Shown: in pieces, positions 1 to 12,758 of the stretch
Numbering within the stretch: position 1 is the stretch's first letter
Layout of the letters: each line of letters begins with the position of its first letter
Origin: Antedon mediterranea
Lineage: Eukaryota > Animalia > Echinodermata
Direction: 5' to 3'
DNA length: 64,000 nucleotides
Assembly: GCF_964355755.1 (NCBI RefSeq)
Contig: NC_092673.1
Coordinates: 27,091,648-27,155,647 of the forward strand
Position numbers and translations under genes: made by a program
Notes under the pieces: generated by a model
What the model was told of the DNA's origin: nothing
The model's input: the letters and a program-made list of their open reading frames with translations, nothing else
Database searches by the model: none

Positions 1-318
1 AAATTAAAGACTTCATATTGAAAATGACTCCATTATTTTTTATTCAGATAACAAACAAACATGTCAATCCACAAAAACCTTTGTAATTCGACAGGTACCA
101 TTTGGACAGTCGTTCGTAACCAGATTAGTTACTTTCAAATTGTAAAATATTGATGGTCCAGACCGAATATAAGTGTTCATATTTATAGTATATACCAATA
201 ATTAACCTATCTACCGGATTTCGTAAAAAAACGCGAAAAACGAAGATCTTCGTGTTTGGCAGTCAAGCGTGGTGTTTCCAAAAACGAAGATCTTCGTGTT
301 TGGCAGTCAAAGTGTTAA
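1..318. mobile_element. Right end of a piggyBac-like non-autonomous DNA element (runs off the window start)
   Basis: Ends ...TTTGGCAGTCAAAGTG|TTAA (TTAA at 315-318). A subterminal ~31-bp direct repeat AAAAACGAAGATCTTCGTGTTTGGCAGTCAA occurs twice (~236-310). Confidence 0.4.
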
Positions 319-757
319 AAAAGGAATATTATGATGAATATCATTAATAGCTGTCTTTTTGTAAATTCAATCAAGGCAATCCAACAACAGGACACTTAGC
401 TCACCTTGCCAAGATAGGAACTCTTAACAATACTTTGATCTTATGTCTGGCTACAACCAATACCAACAGTACTGTACTATGTACATATTCTTTGTAACGC
501 GCGGTGTCTGTTAGATAAGGGGAGCATGGAACTGATCTTGTTGCAGCCACAGATAAACGCTTTGATCTTCGGAGCTCAGTATTCTGTTGTTTGATTGCCT
601 TGATTCATTCCAAAACTCATTACCTTGTAGAATATCGTCAAAGCCATTTAGGAAAGAGAAACTATCTACAAACATTCTGCAGTATAAAACTCATTAATAT
701 GACCTACATTCCTTATATAAAGGAAAATTGTCTTATTATATTACAATGTGTAAAGCT

Positions 758-930
758 AGCTCTGTCTACACTATCAGATTTTATGTGACAAAAAAACTGA
801 TGTGCTCATACAGTATATGGACATGATGATGTCATATCACTACCATATTTAGGCATATCACTACCATATTTGGCCACATCACAATTTTTTTGTCATTTTG
901 TCAAACTGGTTTGATAGTGTAGACAGAGCT
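758..930. mobile_element. MITE family A (PIF/Harbinger-like), copy 1
   Basis: Terminal inverted repeats (TIRs) AGCTCTGTCTACACTATCA...TGATAGTGTAGACAGAGCT; two internal copies of the 21-bp unit ATATCACTACCATATTT(A/T)GG. Confidence 0.8.
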
Positions 931-1290
931 CTAATCATTTCAACCTGGTGAATCACCTCCTCAAATCTTGGGTTAAATACATGTTAAGCATCACTTGTGA
1001 GGTTATCTCAGTCCAGCATGTCTACAAAGATCTCATAATGAGAGTATTACTATTACGTAGCACTTTGTTCATCAGCCATAAACAGTAAGTGCATGTTGCC
1101 CTACCGTACTTCGTTGCTTTTAAGAAATCAGATTGGGCGATGTAAAAGTATTTTCATTTAGAATGCAATTTGAATCGTTCCAAACACGCTGCGCAAGTTT
1201 AAACAAAATCTGATTGAGTGGTGTATAAAAAAATGTATTTGTCATGTGCAACTTTCAGTGATCAAATTGCTTACATGACAGTCAGAAAAA

Positions 1291-2200
1291 TTTATCGGTG
1301 CAATGGTACACATGAATGTTCGAATATTTATCAGTGTAATGGTATACATATGAATGTTTATCAGTGCAATGGTACATATTTGAATGTTTATCAGTGCAAT
1401 GGTACACATTTGAATGTTTATCAGTGCAATGGTACATATTTGAATGTTTATCAGTGCAATGTTACACATTTGAATGTTTATCGGTGCAATGGTACACATA
1501 TGAATGTTTATCGGTGCAATGGTACACATATGAATGTTTATCAGTGCAATGGTACACATATGAATGTTTATCGGTGCAATGGTATACATATGAACATTTA
1601 TCAGTGCAATGGTACACATTTGAATGTTTATCGGTGCAATGGTACACATATGAATGTTTATCGGTGCAATGGTATACATATGAATGTTTAACAGTGCAAT
1701 GGTATACATATGAATGTTTAACAGTGCAATGGTATACATATGAATGTTTAACAGTGCAATGGTACACATATGAATGTTTAACAGTGCAATGGTACACATA
1801 TGAATGTTTAACAGTGCAATGGTATTCATATGAATGTTTAACAGTGCAATGGTATACATATGAATGTTTAACAGTGCAATGGTATACATATGAATGTTTA
1901 ACAGTGCAATGGTATACATATGAATGTTTAACAGTGCAATGGTACACATATGAATGTTTAACAGTGCAATGGTACACATATGAATGTTTAACAGTGCAAT
2001 GGTATACATATGAATGTTTAACAGTGCAATGGTATATACATATGAATGTTTAACAGTGCAATGGTATATACATATGAATGTTTAACAGTGCAATGGTACA
2101 CATATGAATGTTTAACAGTGCAATGGTGTACATGAATGTTTAACAGTGCAATGGTATACATATGAATGTTCAACAGTGCAATGGTATACATATGAATGTT
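1291..2200. repeat. 30-bp minisatellite, about 30 copies
   Basis: Unit TGAATGTTTA(TC/AC)(A/G)GTGCAATGGTA(C/T)ACATA. It accounts for the repetitive ORFs between 1218 and 2053. Confidence 0.97.
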
Positions 2201-3574
2201 TTAAAAAATGGAACATTTCATCTTCAGCGAATGAAATGATGTGTTTCAATACCCAAATTTAAAACATTTGTTTATTTTTTTGTTTTATACATTACAAACA
2301 TACTGTAGGATGAAGGCACATAATACAAATTTGCACTCGCATGTAATATAATTAAAAATGTACTTTTGCATGGTTTCAATCAATGGAATATTTATTAAAT
2401 ATCATGTGACCCATAATCCTCCAATCAAATCAAATGATGTCTGCATAATAATGTTATAATACAGACTTGATTAGATTTACAAGAAAAGTTGTCCATTTGT
2501 TAAATTGTTGAAATTTGTATTTGATAGAAACAGTAAACTTGTTGGTTGGGTCTAGCAGTGAGGTATCAAAATAATATTTAATATTTTTATAACTTTCCTC
2601 TTATTTTTATACCTTCTTGAATATAGGCAGTTTTTATTAGCTTGAAGGAGGCTATTTATTCCCCTAGACTTCTTTAATTATATATAACTTAAGGCCAAAT
2701 GTTGAATAGACTGAATACAACCATACTACCATACTGTTTAGTTTGCCTAATAAAGTAAATGTAGACATCATTGTAAACATTTGTTTAAGGTGTGAAAACT
2801 GGGCTAAACAAATATATATGGGGAACTGTGAATGGACTATTACTCCATGTTTGATCGTTAAATCATGGCTGTATTTTAACAGCGTGTACAATGTTCAAAA
2901 TACATGAACTGCAACAAAAGACCTATTTCATGGTTCAAACATAACAGTAGGCCTACAGGCAACTCTCCCAATACCGGACACCTTTGGGACGGCCAAATAT
3001 GTCTGGTTTTCATGAAAGTCTCTTATTCGGAATGTGTTTTTAATGGTAAAAATAAATTTTTTATACATCTCCATATCAGGGGCAAAATACATTCACCGAA
3101 TTACTGAAGAGGTCAACAATTTTTGTTCCCCAAATTATAGAACAAGAAAATCAAATCTTGAAATAAAATTTGGAATTGTAAAATCGCAAAAATTTAAGGC
3201 CGCGAAACAATGGGCCATATTATTTGATGACTTCAAACATAGCAGTATTGTCCAGACTTTGCAACGATTAAAGCACGTAATATATTGTTGTTCACATGTT
3301 CTGTCTAAAAGCTTTGGTACCATGATCATATAAGTTCACTTGTACAGTTCATGTGTCTTCTAACTGGAGGTTGTGAATGTAAAAAGCTTTTATAGATCAT
3401 GCATTAAATTGGTATCTAAACATGACTGGCCAGCAAAGTAGTAGTGGTAAAAAAGCTGTTATTTTATTTGTGTGATGCAAAGAAAAGCTTGTTTGGGATA
3501 ACATTCGGATAAACATAATGGCAAATTCATTTGTGCCATCATAGTTTTTACAACTACAATACAGTAACATACAG

Positions 3575-3810
3575 TATAAATCACTTTAGCACTGACAACA
3601 CATTGGCTCTTTTGGGCCTTCAACCAAACTACTGTACCAAAATAGATCTACACAAACGGTAGTGAAGGATTGCTCATACATTTCCAGAATACCAAAATAC
3701 AGTACGAGACAGTAGCCGACAATGGCTCTTTTTGGCAACCGAACTACTGTACCTTATCTACACAGTAACGGTAGTGAAAAATTGCTCTTCTGGGCCTCCA
3801 TGGTTTTAAA
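3575..3810. repeat. Degenerate ~120-bp direct duplication
   Basis: TGGCTCTTTT...AACTACTGTACC...ACGGTAGTGAA..ATTGCTC occurs at ~3600-3680 and ~3720-3790. Confidence 0.6.
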
Positions 3811-4816
3811 ACTATTGCAATACATAAATTAGCTGATGGCACATTTGGGTCATTATAGTTTTAAAAAACCCATAATAATGAATAAATTAGCACGAAGTAG
3901 GCTCATTAATATTCATTAGTATCACGTGCGCCGCACATTGCTCATGACTATTGCTGATCACCACTAGAGTATGTTATGAATTCAAAATCTAAAACAATGT
4001 GACATTAATGTAAACTAACATGAATTATATTGGTGTGGAATGTTGTCCTACATCTCTCTAAGAATTCTGTACAGGTTTATTTATCACGGGGATGATAGTG
4101 TAAGTAATATCCTACTGCAGTATCATTTTTTACTTTAATAACATATGATTTCGATTGTCGGAACAGTTTCCACGATGTCCAAAAAAGGTTGATAATATTA
4201 TAATAATTCTAGTCATTTTACCAAATGAATCGTCTTCGGAAGGGATGTTTATTTTATTTATTTATTTGTTCCGGGTGACCTCTTTAGAAATAAAAAACTG
4301 TTCTCTCAGAGGGCCCAGTACAAAAACCCCAATAACAAGCGGTACAATACAAAAAATATAGAACAAAGAATAAAATAACATCCCACCCACCCCGCTTGAA
4401 AGCTTTTGGTCCTGTGTACATACAGTGCACGTTAAGTAACTTGATACTACAATATTCAAAAAGAGTAAAGGGTCATCTCCGGGTGTGCTTATCTGGGTTG
4501 CGCTGTACTGTTGGCTTTCGGGGGTCCGTAGAGGGCCTAATTTAAATTTCCTCAGTTTCCCATCTTTCAAATAATCTTTATTGCAATCAGTATATTTAAA
4601 AAAAAAATATTAACATTGGATATTTACAATTCATATAAAATACATTAGAAAGAATTATATTACCATAACACTAACAGCAAACAGGACAGAATAATGTTAA
4701 AAGGTGACAACACACTGCACATAATAAAAGAATATTAACATAGCAAAATTGCATGTAACATTGTAAAACTACATAATTACATATAATTATTAAATTAACT
4801 TTCCAGGTAAGCCTAA

Positions 4817-4958
4817 AGCTCTGTCTACACTATCAAACTAGTTTGACAAAAAAGGTGTGATGTGCCCAAATATGGTAGTGCTATGACATCATCCATCATC
4901 GTCCATATATGGGCACATCACATTTTGTTGTCACAAGTTTGACAGTGTAGACAGAGCT
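4817..4958. mobile_element. MITE family A, copy 2
   Basis: TAA|AGCTCTGTCTACAC...GTGTAGACAGAGCT|CAG; internal part inverted relative to copy 1; one 21-bp unit. Confidence 0.8.
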
Positions 4959-7047
4959 CAGGGTTGATAATAAATACCTTTACCAGCTTACCTTTAATAC
5001 TATTATAATGACAAATTACATATTTAAATGCTTTCAAATAGTTTTGTGTGTACAATTGACATACCTTTGGATACCTGACATAATTTATACATAGATATAT
5101 AGAAATATCACATCACAAAAATGCATTTTGTTCATTACAATTTGCATTCATTATGACTTGGTCTGTAGACCAACATTAATTATATGTCTAGCACAACACC
5201 ACACCAATAGATGGACAGACACTCATACTGTACAGGACCATATAGTTTCAAAGCAAACTAGTTTTTTTTTCTCAAATAAGTGTACTAATCATGGGTGACA
5301 ATTTATGCAAATAATTTGTATAAAATAATATAAATTAATAATGGTATTATTAATAAAAAATATAAAATTTCAATATTTTCTATAGTATTATTTAATATAA
5401 TTCCTCATGACCTTCAATACAATAATATATTTGCAGTATTTATGCTAAATTGAAAAATAAAATTAATTGAATTTAAATTTAAAATTAAATCACCTATAAA
5501 AATAAAACTGTTTAATGTTTTAAAGTTTTATTTAAAAACATACTGTGCAAAAAAATGTAATATGATGAATAAATACATTTTCATTTAGTACTGTTAAATG
5601 TCCCTTTATAAACCATTAAAATTACACTAGACTTATTTACGGTACGGTATAATGTAATATAATAATAATAATAATAATTATATTTACAATATATATGAAG
5701 AAATGAATATAGGTTTATTGAATTAAACTAAAAATATTTACGGTATTAAAATGTACTGTACATTATATTTGGGTTTAGTTGATCCTGTTATTTTCCATGT
5801 CCTTTCTCTACTGTACATACCACAATAAAATAACACATATTTTATAATTTCCTTCTTTGTAAACAGTGGTCAATTTGTAGCATTTATTGCATCCTTTCAT
5901 TTCTTTGTTTATCATAAATACGTCATATTTTTCCTTCCTTTCCATATTAATTTCTGGTAATTTGTTTACACTGAAATATTTGTTCATAATTACTGATTTC
6001 CTTAATGACCTCAACCACCGTGTAACACTTCGCGGAACGAACTTTAACGCTCGTTCCAATCCATCCGGTATCATTTCACACGTTCGTTGACCAATGGCGT
6101 ATCAGCATCAAAGTGCTAATACATATCTACTGTCAAATAAGACACAAATTATTTAACGTCTTGAAAATCCATCTGACATTTGTCAACCGAAAGGTGTGTC
6201 AAAGTGAATTTTAATTTATATTTAGGTGTGGTTTTGTTTTAATTTGTATGCTAATATTGTAAAATGTCTTCATAAAACTCTTTGATTTTCATTTTTGATC
6301 AGCATTTATGACATTATTAGTCAATATAATGTAAATACTGTAGCAAAAAAATATTTTCAATTTATTATTATGTTGAAAATGGTATGTTTATATTTGGATT
6401 GTGTTTTTAATATATTATGCCGGTTGTACAATGGCTACCATTAACACAATGTTAAACTTACTATGATAGCTGTACTGATGCCTATATTTTGTACAGTATT
6501 TATTTATTTATTTCAACAATATTTTAGCTTTACTTATCATGTTGAAGATATCGCATGACATTTTTTTTCAGGCCAAAATTCTTGTTAAATCTGTTATTTT
6601 GTATTTTTTTATAGACAAAATCATTATTTTTCTGTTTTTTTATTTTTTTAACAGATATTTGAAGATCGCTTTTCAGATCGTGTGAGGATACCATTGCCAA
6701 ATAAGGAACTGTCCAAAGTGCAGGGCACGCTTACCAGTCGCTCGCTGTTGGTTGGTAAAAAACGCAAGAACCTGAATATGGACGATTACAGAAACAACAG
6801 ATTAAAATAAATATTGATAATGTAGGGGTTGTTCACAATTTATCAAAATGTTTGCCAGTCTACAAACAGTGTTCCCTATCATAACCTACCTCTGTTTTAT
6901 TCGCTCTTTTCACCACTCTTTGCAGTTTAAATACCATAAGAGTTTTCCCACACAATTACCCCACCAGAATATCCTCCTCTTATTTTAAGCATTACTATTT
7001 AAAGCTCCTCCACTTTACCACTCTTCTTAATATCCCTTATCTTACTC

Positions 7048-7310
7048 GGTTTATCCTCTCTGGTTAACCCCTCTGGTTATCTCCTCTGGTTAACCCCTCT
7101 GGTTAACCCCCTCTGATTAACCTCTCCTGGTTATCCCTTCTGGTAAGCCCTTCTGGTTAACTCCTCTGGTTAACCCCCTCTGATTAACCTCTCCTGGTTA
7201 TCCCTTCTGGTAAACCCCTCTGGTTAACCTCTGGTTAATCCCCTCTGCTTACCCCCCTCTGATTAACCTCTCCTGGTTATCCCTCTGTTTAACCCCTCTG
7301 GTTACCTCTT
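7048..7310. repeat. Degenerate ~13-15 bp tandem repeat (GGTTAACCCCTCT)n
   Basis: Repeated TGGTTAACC(C)nTC units are directly visible. Confidence 0.9.
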
Positions 7311-8602
7311 GGCTGTTCTCCCATCTAGTTTACTAGTTTGTACACTTTGTAATTTGTTATAAATTGTGAATAACTCGACGCATATTTTTGTGTTTGTGTG
7401 TTTTGAAATCAAAACATTTAAATGTTTTGTTTTTGTGAATATTGAAGTGAAAACTCACTGATGACCAAATTTGTTTATATAATCATTGTGTTGCCAATTA
7501 TTGTGTGTTACAGTTTATTGACTGCTCAAGAGAAGATAGATATGAGAGAAAAAAATGTTTGAATACAAAAATATTGTTATCACTCTACAGCCAGTCAATA
7601 TGAATTGTATTTTATAAAGTTATACAGTATTCTTTAAACTGAAGATTCCTCAAAAGAGGACAGCCTGTCAATTTCAGTCATAGTTTATTTAAATTTAACA
7701 GTCAAAAACTCTCCAGATAAAGTTGCAAATTCGTTACAATGTGGCTCGGCTATGAAGCTGTATTAAACCTTCTGGCTGTATGATATTAATACACCACCAT
7801 ACCTTTAGCAGCAGCCAGATACAGTGTATCCCTAGCAAAGCTAATACTGGGAGGGAGAGAGAGAGTTGAATACAATAATTACAGTGAAATCTCAAGCGTT
7901 TATTATACAGTTTATATCATCTTTACTATATAAATAACATTAGACTGCTTCGTTTACATTTCATTGTATATTTTATCAATGTATTTTAATATGTATTGTA
8001 TTAGTGATAGGATAGGAGTGCTTTCATTTTTAAACAAATAAATTGAAAATAATATTTTAGCTAAACGATTAAAAAAATTATACGATATATAATAACTTCA
8101 AAAGTAAAATACTAATTTAAATTGCACTAATACTTTGATTACATTACAAACTCCTATAAAAATTGATTATAGTTATACACTAATCAATAAATTAAGAGTG
8201 TTAATATTTTCAATATACTCGTTTTAACAAAAAGATAAAAGAGTTAAAAAATCTTAAATGTGAGCGGAGAAAAAATGTATAGTAGAGTGTTTGTATAAAA
8301 ATTGTATAAACTTATTACAACTGCATTTATAAACTAAAACTGATATACAGATAAAAGTATGCTATACACAAAATGTTTTCTTACCCATGAACTTGGTTGC
8401 CCTTATAAGGATGGTTTATTTACTTTTTCTATTTATGGAGCAGATACTAAACCCTGTTTTGTTAAATAATAGAAAATCGAAAAATGAGGCGCCTCCTGTT
8501 CTGTAAAAGGATCCAGTGTGAATGTACCTTTATGCATAAAATTGTATTATTCTTTATCTTTATAATGTGAATTGTTACATTGTGGTCCAAATTTAAAGAA
8601 TT

Positions 8603-8769
8603 CTGTTGAACCTCTATTAAGGGGACACCTTCAGGACCCAACAAAGTTTCCTTTAATAGAAGTGTTCTTGAATTGGGATTGGCCTTGGTGTTGAAGCATA
8701 TATCCCCTGATTTCTTTCAAAGGAAAGTGTCCCTTAATTGGGGTGTCTCAAAAGAGCGGTTTTACTGTA
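8603..8769. mobile_element. MITE family D (Tc1/mariner-pogo-like)
   Basis: GAACCTCTATTAAGGGGACACC...GTGTCCCTTAAT..GGTTTTACTG|TA. Related copies at ~9872, ~38530-38703, ~41620-41790, ~55896-56070 and ~58450-58620. Confidence 0.6.
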
Positions 8770-9125
8770 CAGATTTTTTTTCCATCCAAAAAAAAAACAA
8801 CCCTGTTTTGTTTTTAATTTATATATCGCCAAGGATAATACAAAAGTGAATTCATTCAATGTCCTTATAAAAGGTGCCAATCCTGACAAATATATACACA
8901 AAATGCTCTACATAATCAAAGTCATAAACAAAGTCTTAAACAAGTCTTTGTTGTAGTGGTCTTGTCCAAGGATTTAGACCCAGGACCCTGAGAAAGATAC
9001 CACCAAGCTACAATGCCACTCTGGGTGCTTATCCTTGTAAACCAGACTGTTACTGAATGAATTATTTTCCTTTAGTTAGTTGTGTGCAGTGCTGTCTTAA
9101 TTATTGTTTTTTATTTTTTATTTAA

Positions 9126-9671
9126 AGATGTATTGTCCCTTGAAACACAAAAAAATGATGGTCAAAATATTCTAAATTTAAATTGGCCATATCAAAGTAA
9201 TATTAAAGTTATTCACTTTAAGTCGAAAATTTGAGCCAAAACAACAAGTTTACGTAAATAACAGGTAAATTAGTTTGATAACATTTCGTCTGGAAAATTG
9301 TCGCGAGCGAAAGTAAACAAAGATTTCAAACCACGAGTACGCATATTGCATATGCTAATTAGGATTATTTACAACTCGTCACAGTTGAGAAGGTATTTTC
9401 ACACAGATCGTAAAGAAGTTTTATGAAATATGCATACAGAGTAGCGAAACAAGCGCGTTTCATTATGGGATATGTTTTGATGGAAAACTTTGACTGGAAG
9501 TCAAAGTTATTTTTTAAACAAAAAAACGTCTGTATTTTAGTTAAATGATTTTTTTTTCGACAAATTTTTGGTTATAGTTAATAACTATTATGATACTTCA
9601 AAATGACCCACCTTTTTTCGAAATCTTTTATTTTTTATTTTTTTGGGATTAGTCAAAGGGACAATACATCT
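9126..9671. mobile_element. MITE family B (Kolobok/T2-like, TTAA target)
   Basis: TTAA|AGATGTATTGTCCC...GGGACAATACATCT|TTAA: perfect 14-bp TIRs with TTAA on both sides. Confidence 0.85.
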
Positions 9672-9871
9672 TTAAGTTTTAAATCATATTAAAATTTATA
9701 TTAATTTTTAAAGTATTAATTAAATTATGTTTAATTATCAATTATTTTGTAGGTTTTACATTACATTTATGATTGAAGTATATAAATTATATTTTCTTGT
9801 ATTTTAGCTTTTGATAGAAATCTTTGAAATTTGATAATGAAACACATTAAATGGGAATTTTTTTATGGTAA

Positions 9872-10936
9872 TACAATAAAACCCCTATTAAGGGGACTCC
9901 TTCAAGAACTAAGTGTCCCTTAACAGTGGTGTCCCTTGAATAGGGGTTTCCTATTGAATAGGGGTGTTCCTTGAATAGATGTGTCCCTTGAATAAAATAG
10001 GGGTGTCCCTTAACAGTGGTGTCCCTTAACAGTGGTGTCCCTTAACAGGGGTGTCCCTTGAATAGGGGTGTCCCTTAACAGTGGTGTCCCTTGAATAGGG
10101 GTGTCCCTTAACAGTGGTGTCCCTTAACAGTGGTGTCCCTTAACAGAGGTGTCCCTTAACAGAGGTGTCCCTTAACAGAGGTGTCCCTTGAATAGGGGTG
10201 TCCCTTGAATAGGGGTGTCCCTTAACAGTGGTGTCCCTTGAATAGGGGTGTCCCTTGAATAGGGGTGTCCTATTGAATAGGGGTGTCCCTTAACAGTGGT
10301 GTCCCTTAACAGTGGTGTCCCTTGAAAAGGGGTGTTCCTTAACAGTGGTGTCCCTTAACAGTGGTGTCCCTTAACAGAGGTGTCCCTTAACAGTGGTGTC
10401 CCTTGAATAGGGGTGTCCCTTAACAGTGGTGTCCCTTAACAGTGGTGTCCCTTGACAGTGGTGTCCCTTGATGTCCCTTAACAGTGGTGTCCCTTAACAG
10501 TGGTGTCCCTTAACAGTGGTGTCCCTTAACAGTGGTGTCCCTTGAATAGGGGTGTCCCTTAACAGTGGTGTCCCTTAACAGTGGTGTCCCTTGACAGTGG
10601 TGTCCCTTAACAGTGGTGTCCCTTAACAGTGGTGTCCCTTAACAGTGGTGTCCCTTGAATAGGGGTGTCCCTTGAATAGGGGTGTCCCTTGACAGTGGTG
10701 TCCCTTGACAGTGGTGTCCCTTGACAGTGGTGTCCCTTGACAGTGGTGTCCCTTGACAGTGGTGTCCCTTGACAGTGGTGTCCCTTGACAGTGGTGTCCC
10801 TTAACAGTGGTGTCCCTTAACAGTGGTGTCCCTTAACAGTGGTGTCCCTTAACAGTGGTGTCCCTTAACAGTGGTGTCCCTTAACAGGGGTGTTCCTTGA
10901 ATAGGGGTGTCCTATTGAATAGGGATGTCTTCTGTA
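9872..10936. repeat. 17-19 bp minisatellite (GTGTCCCTTAACAGTG / GTGTCCCTTGAATAGGG variants) expanded inside a family D MITE
   Basis: Begins with a family D left end (TACAATAAAACCCCTATTAAGGGGAC), continues with ~1 kb of GTGTCCCTT-containing units and ends CTG|TA. Confidence 0.93.
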
Positions 10937-11711
10937 TTAATTATAGCAAATTCTGTTGTCCGCATCAATTAGACTTCAGTAATCCAGTTACTGACACCCA
11001 AACTTTAATGAAGACCACACACAAAAAATACAAGTTGTTTTTGCAAAGATTTCTATGTTTTATGTTGTTCGTTTTTGTCATACCTGCTATAATCAAAGTT
11101 ATATTGTATTTAAATTAGTAATATATCATGATGTTTAACAAATTTAACATGTGATTGTCTCGAGTCTTTTGTATTTATGTCTGTGAAATAAAATAATAAT
11201 AGAAATATTCAGTTCTATTAAGTGATTTATTATTATTTAAATTAATAAAAATGTCATCGCGACATATTTATATCAACAAACTGCTAAAGTTGGGGACGTG
11301 TCTAGATGAAAGTTATTCATATTTTTCATTCAGTTTGTAAATTGTGGTTGTGGTCTTCTGTAATTTGCACAGCGCCCTCTGTAACTGTACACGCAACACA
11401 TGTTCCTTTTCAGCGGCACAGTCTGATCTTGTCAGGTAGGCCTAGTAGGCCCTTATTAGACAACATTACACATTAACTTAAATTATTATGAATGCATTGC
11501 ATTATAGCAATATGCCTAGTTTTATTATAGCAATATGCCTAGTAGTAGTGCCTCCTCTCCTTTATAGGCCTAGTAGTAGTAGTAGTAGTAGAAAATAGGC
11601 TAGCCTTGAGTAGGCGGCGTAGCCTGGCCCTACCTACCTAGGCCTAGCCTAGCCCAACCAGTCCAAGCCTCTCTAGTCTAGCTGGGACTAGCCTACCTAG
11701 CTAGGCCTACC

Positions 11712-12519
11712 CAGAGCCATATATATAAAGAGTTACGACATTGGATTATAGTCACGTGATATGCAGATCAAATTGTGTCAAACTTGTCTCCATTAATGCA
11801 TGTAAAGTATAGGAGCAACAAAATACTTTCAACTTTTTCTTATATTTAAAAAAATGTAATTGCACATTTTACGGTGAAATATCAACGTGCACAGCGTACA
11901 GAAGTACTTGCGCCAAAGAATATTGCGCGCGCGTGCTCTAGTACATTATAACGTTCGATTGATTGAATTTGGAACAAAACATCCCATAACTACGTCCCAT
12001 TGATAACAATTATGTAATATTTTCAATTCATAATGCATGCTTTGATGACTAAATAAAATAATAACGTGTCGTGGATATATTTGTTAATATATTGAATAGG
12101 GTATGAACAATAATAAAATAATAAAGGCAAATTATTACAAATGAAATGATGAACGAGTCTCTGAAAGTTTGTGTCAAAAACACACAGAGAGCCATATACT
12201 GTATAAAAAGAGGGGTGAATTTGTGTGTTTTTTGTATTGGTTCATGCTTTGATGTATCCTGACTTGCATGTAGGCCCTAGCATTTATTCTTTTGTTATTA
12301 TAGACACAATATATATATGTTATCAAATTAATACCATTAATAAAATTAATTACTAAAATAAAAACGGAATATAAGCGTTATTTCATAGACAAAAAAATCT
12401 AAAAATAATGCATGAAAACGCTATACAAAAGAAATGCGCGCGCCCTCAGCGTGCGAATTCTTTGACACAAAAATGGCTTCTAATTTTCAATGTCGTAACT
12501 CTTTATATATATGGCTCTG
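11712..12519. mobile_element. Non-autonomous P- or hAT-like DNA transposon with 32-bp TIRs and an 8-bp target-site duplication (TSD)
   Basis: Perfect TIR CAGAGCCATATATATAAAGAGTTACGACATTG. Identical TSD GGCCTACC at 11704-11711 and 12520-12527. Partial internal TIR copy near 12187. Confidence 0.92.
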
Positions 12520-12758
12520 GGCCTACCGAGTACTAGGCTAGTAGTACTCCTACTACTAGAGCCGGCGGTGTGTGTTTTTTTTTTTTAGCCTAGCTGCGTT
12601 TTAACCTAGGCCTAAATCTGTATCATTGAAAATATATATAGGCCTAGGCCTACTTCTAATCTCGCTCATGCCATTTCACTTGCAATTTTTTTTTACAAAG
12701 TATACTGTCTGTAGTTGCAGGCCTAGATAGAGTGGTGTAGGCTACTCGGGTTCTCAAG

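Noticed and set aside
1218-2053. Long repetitive ORFs on both strands
   Set aside because: They are translations of a 30-bp tandem repeat, open in several frames, with no splice or start context.
5808-6074. 88-aa ORF MIPDGLERALKF...
   Set aside because: No recognisable domain, and I could not join it in frame to downstream exons; kept only as part of the tentative non-coding transcript.
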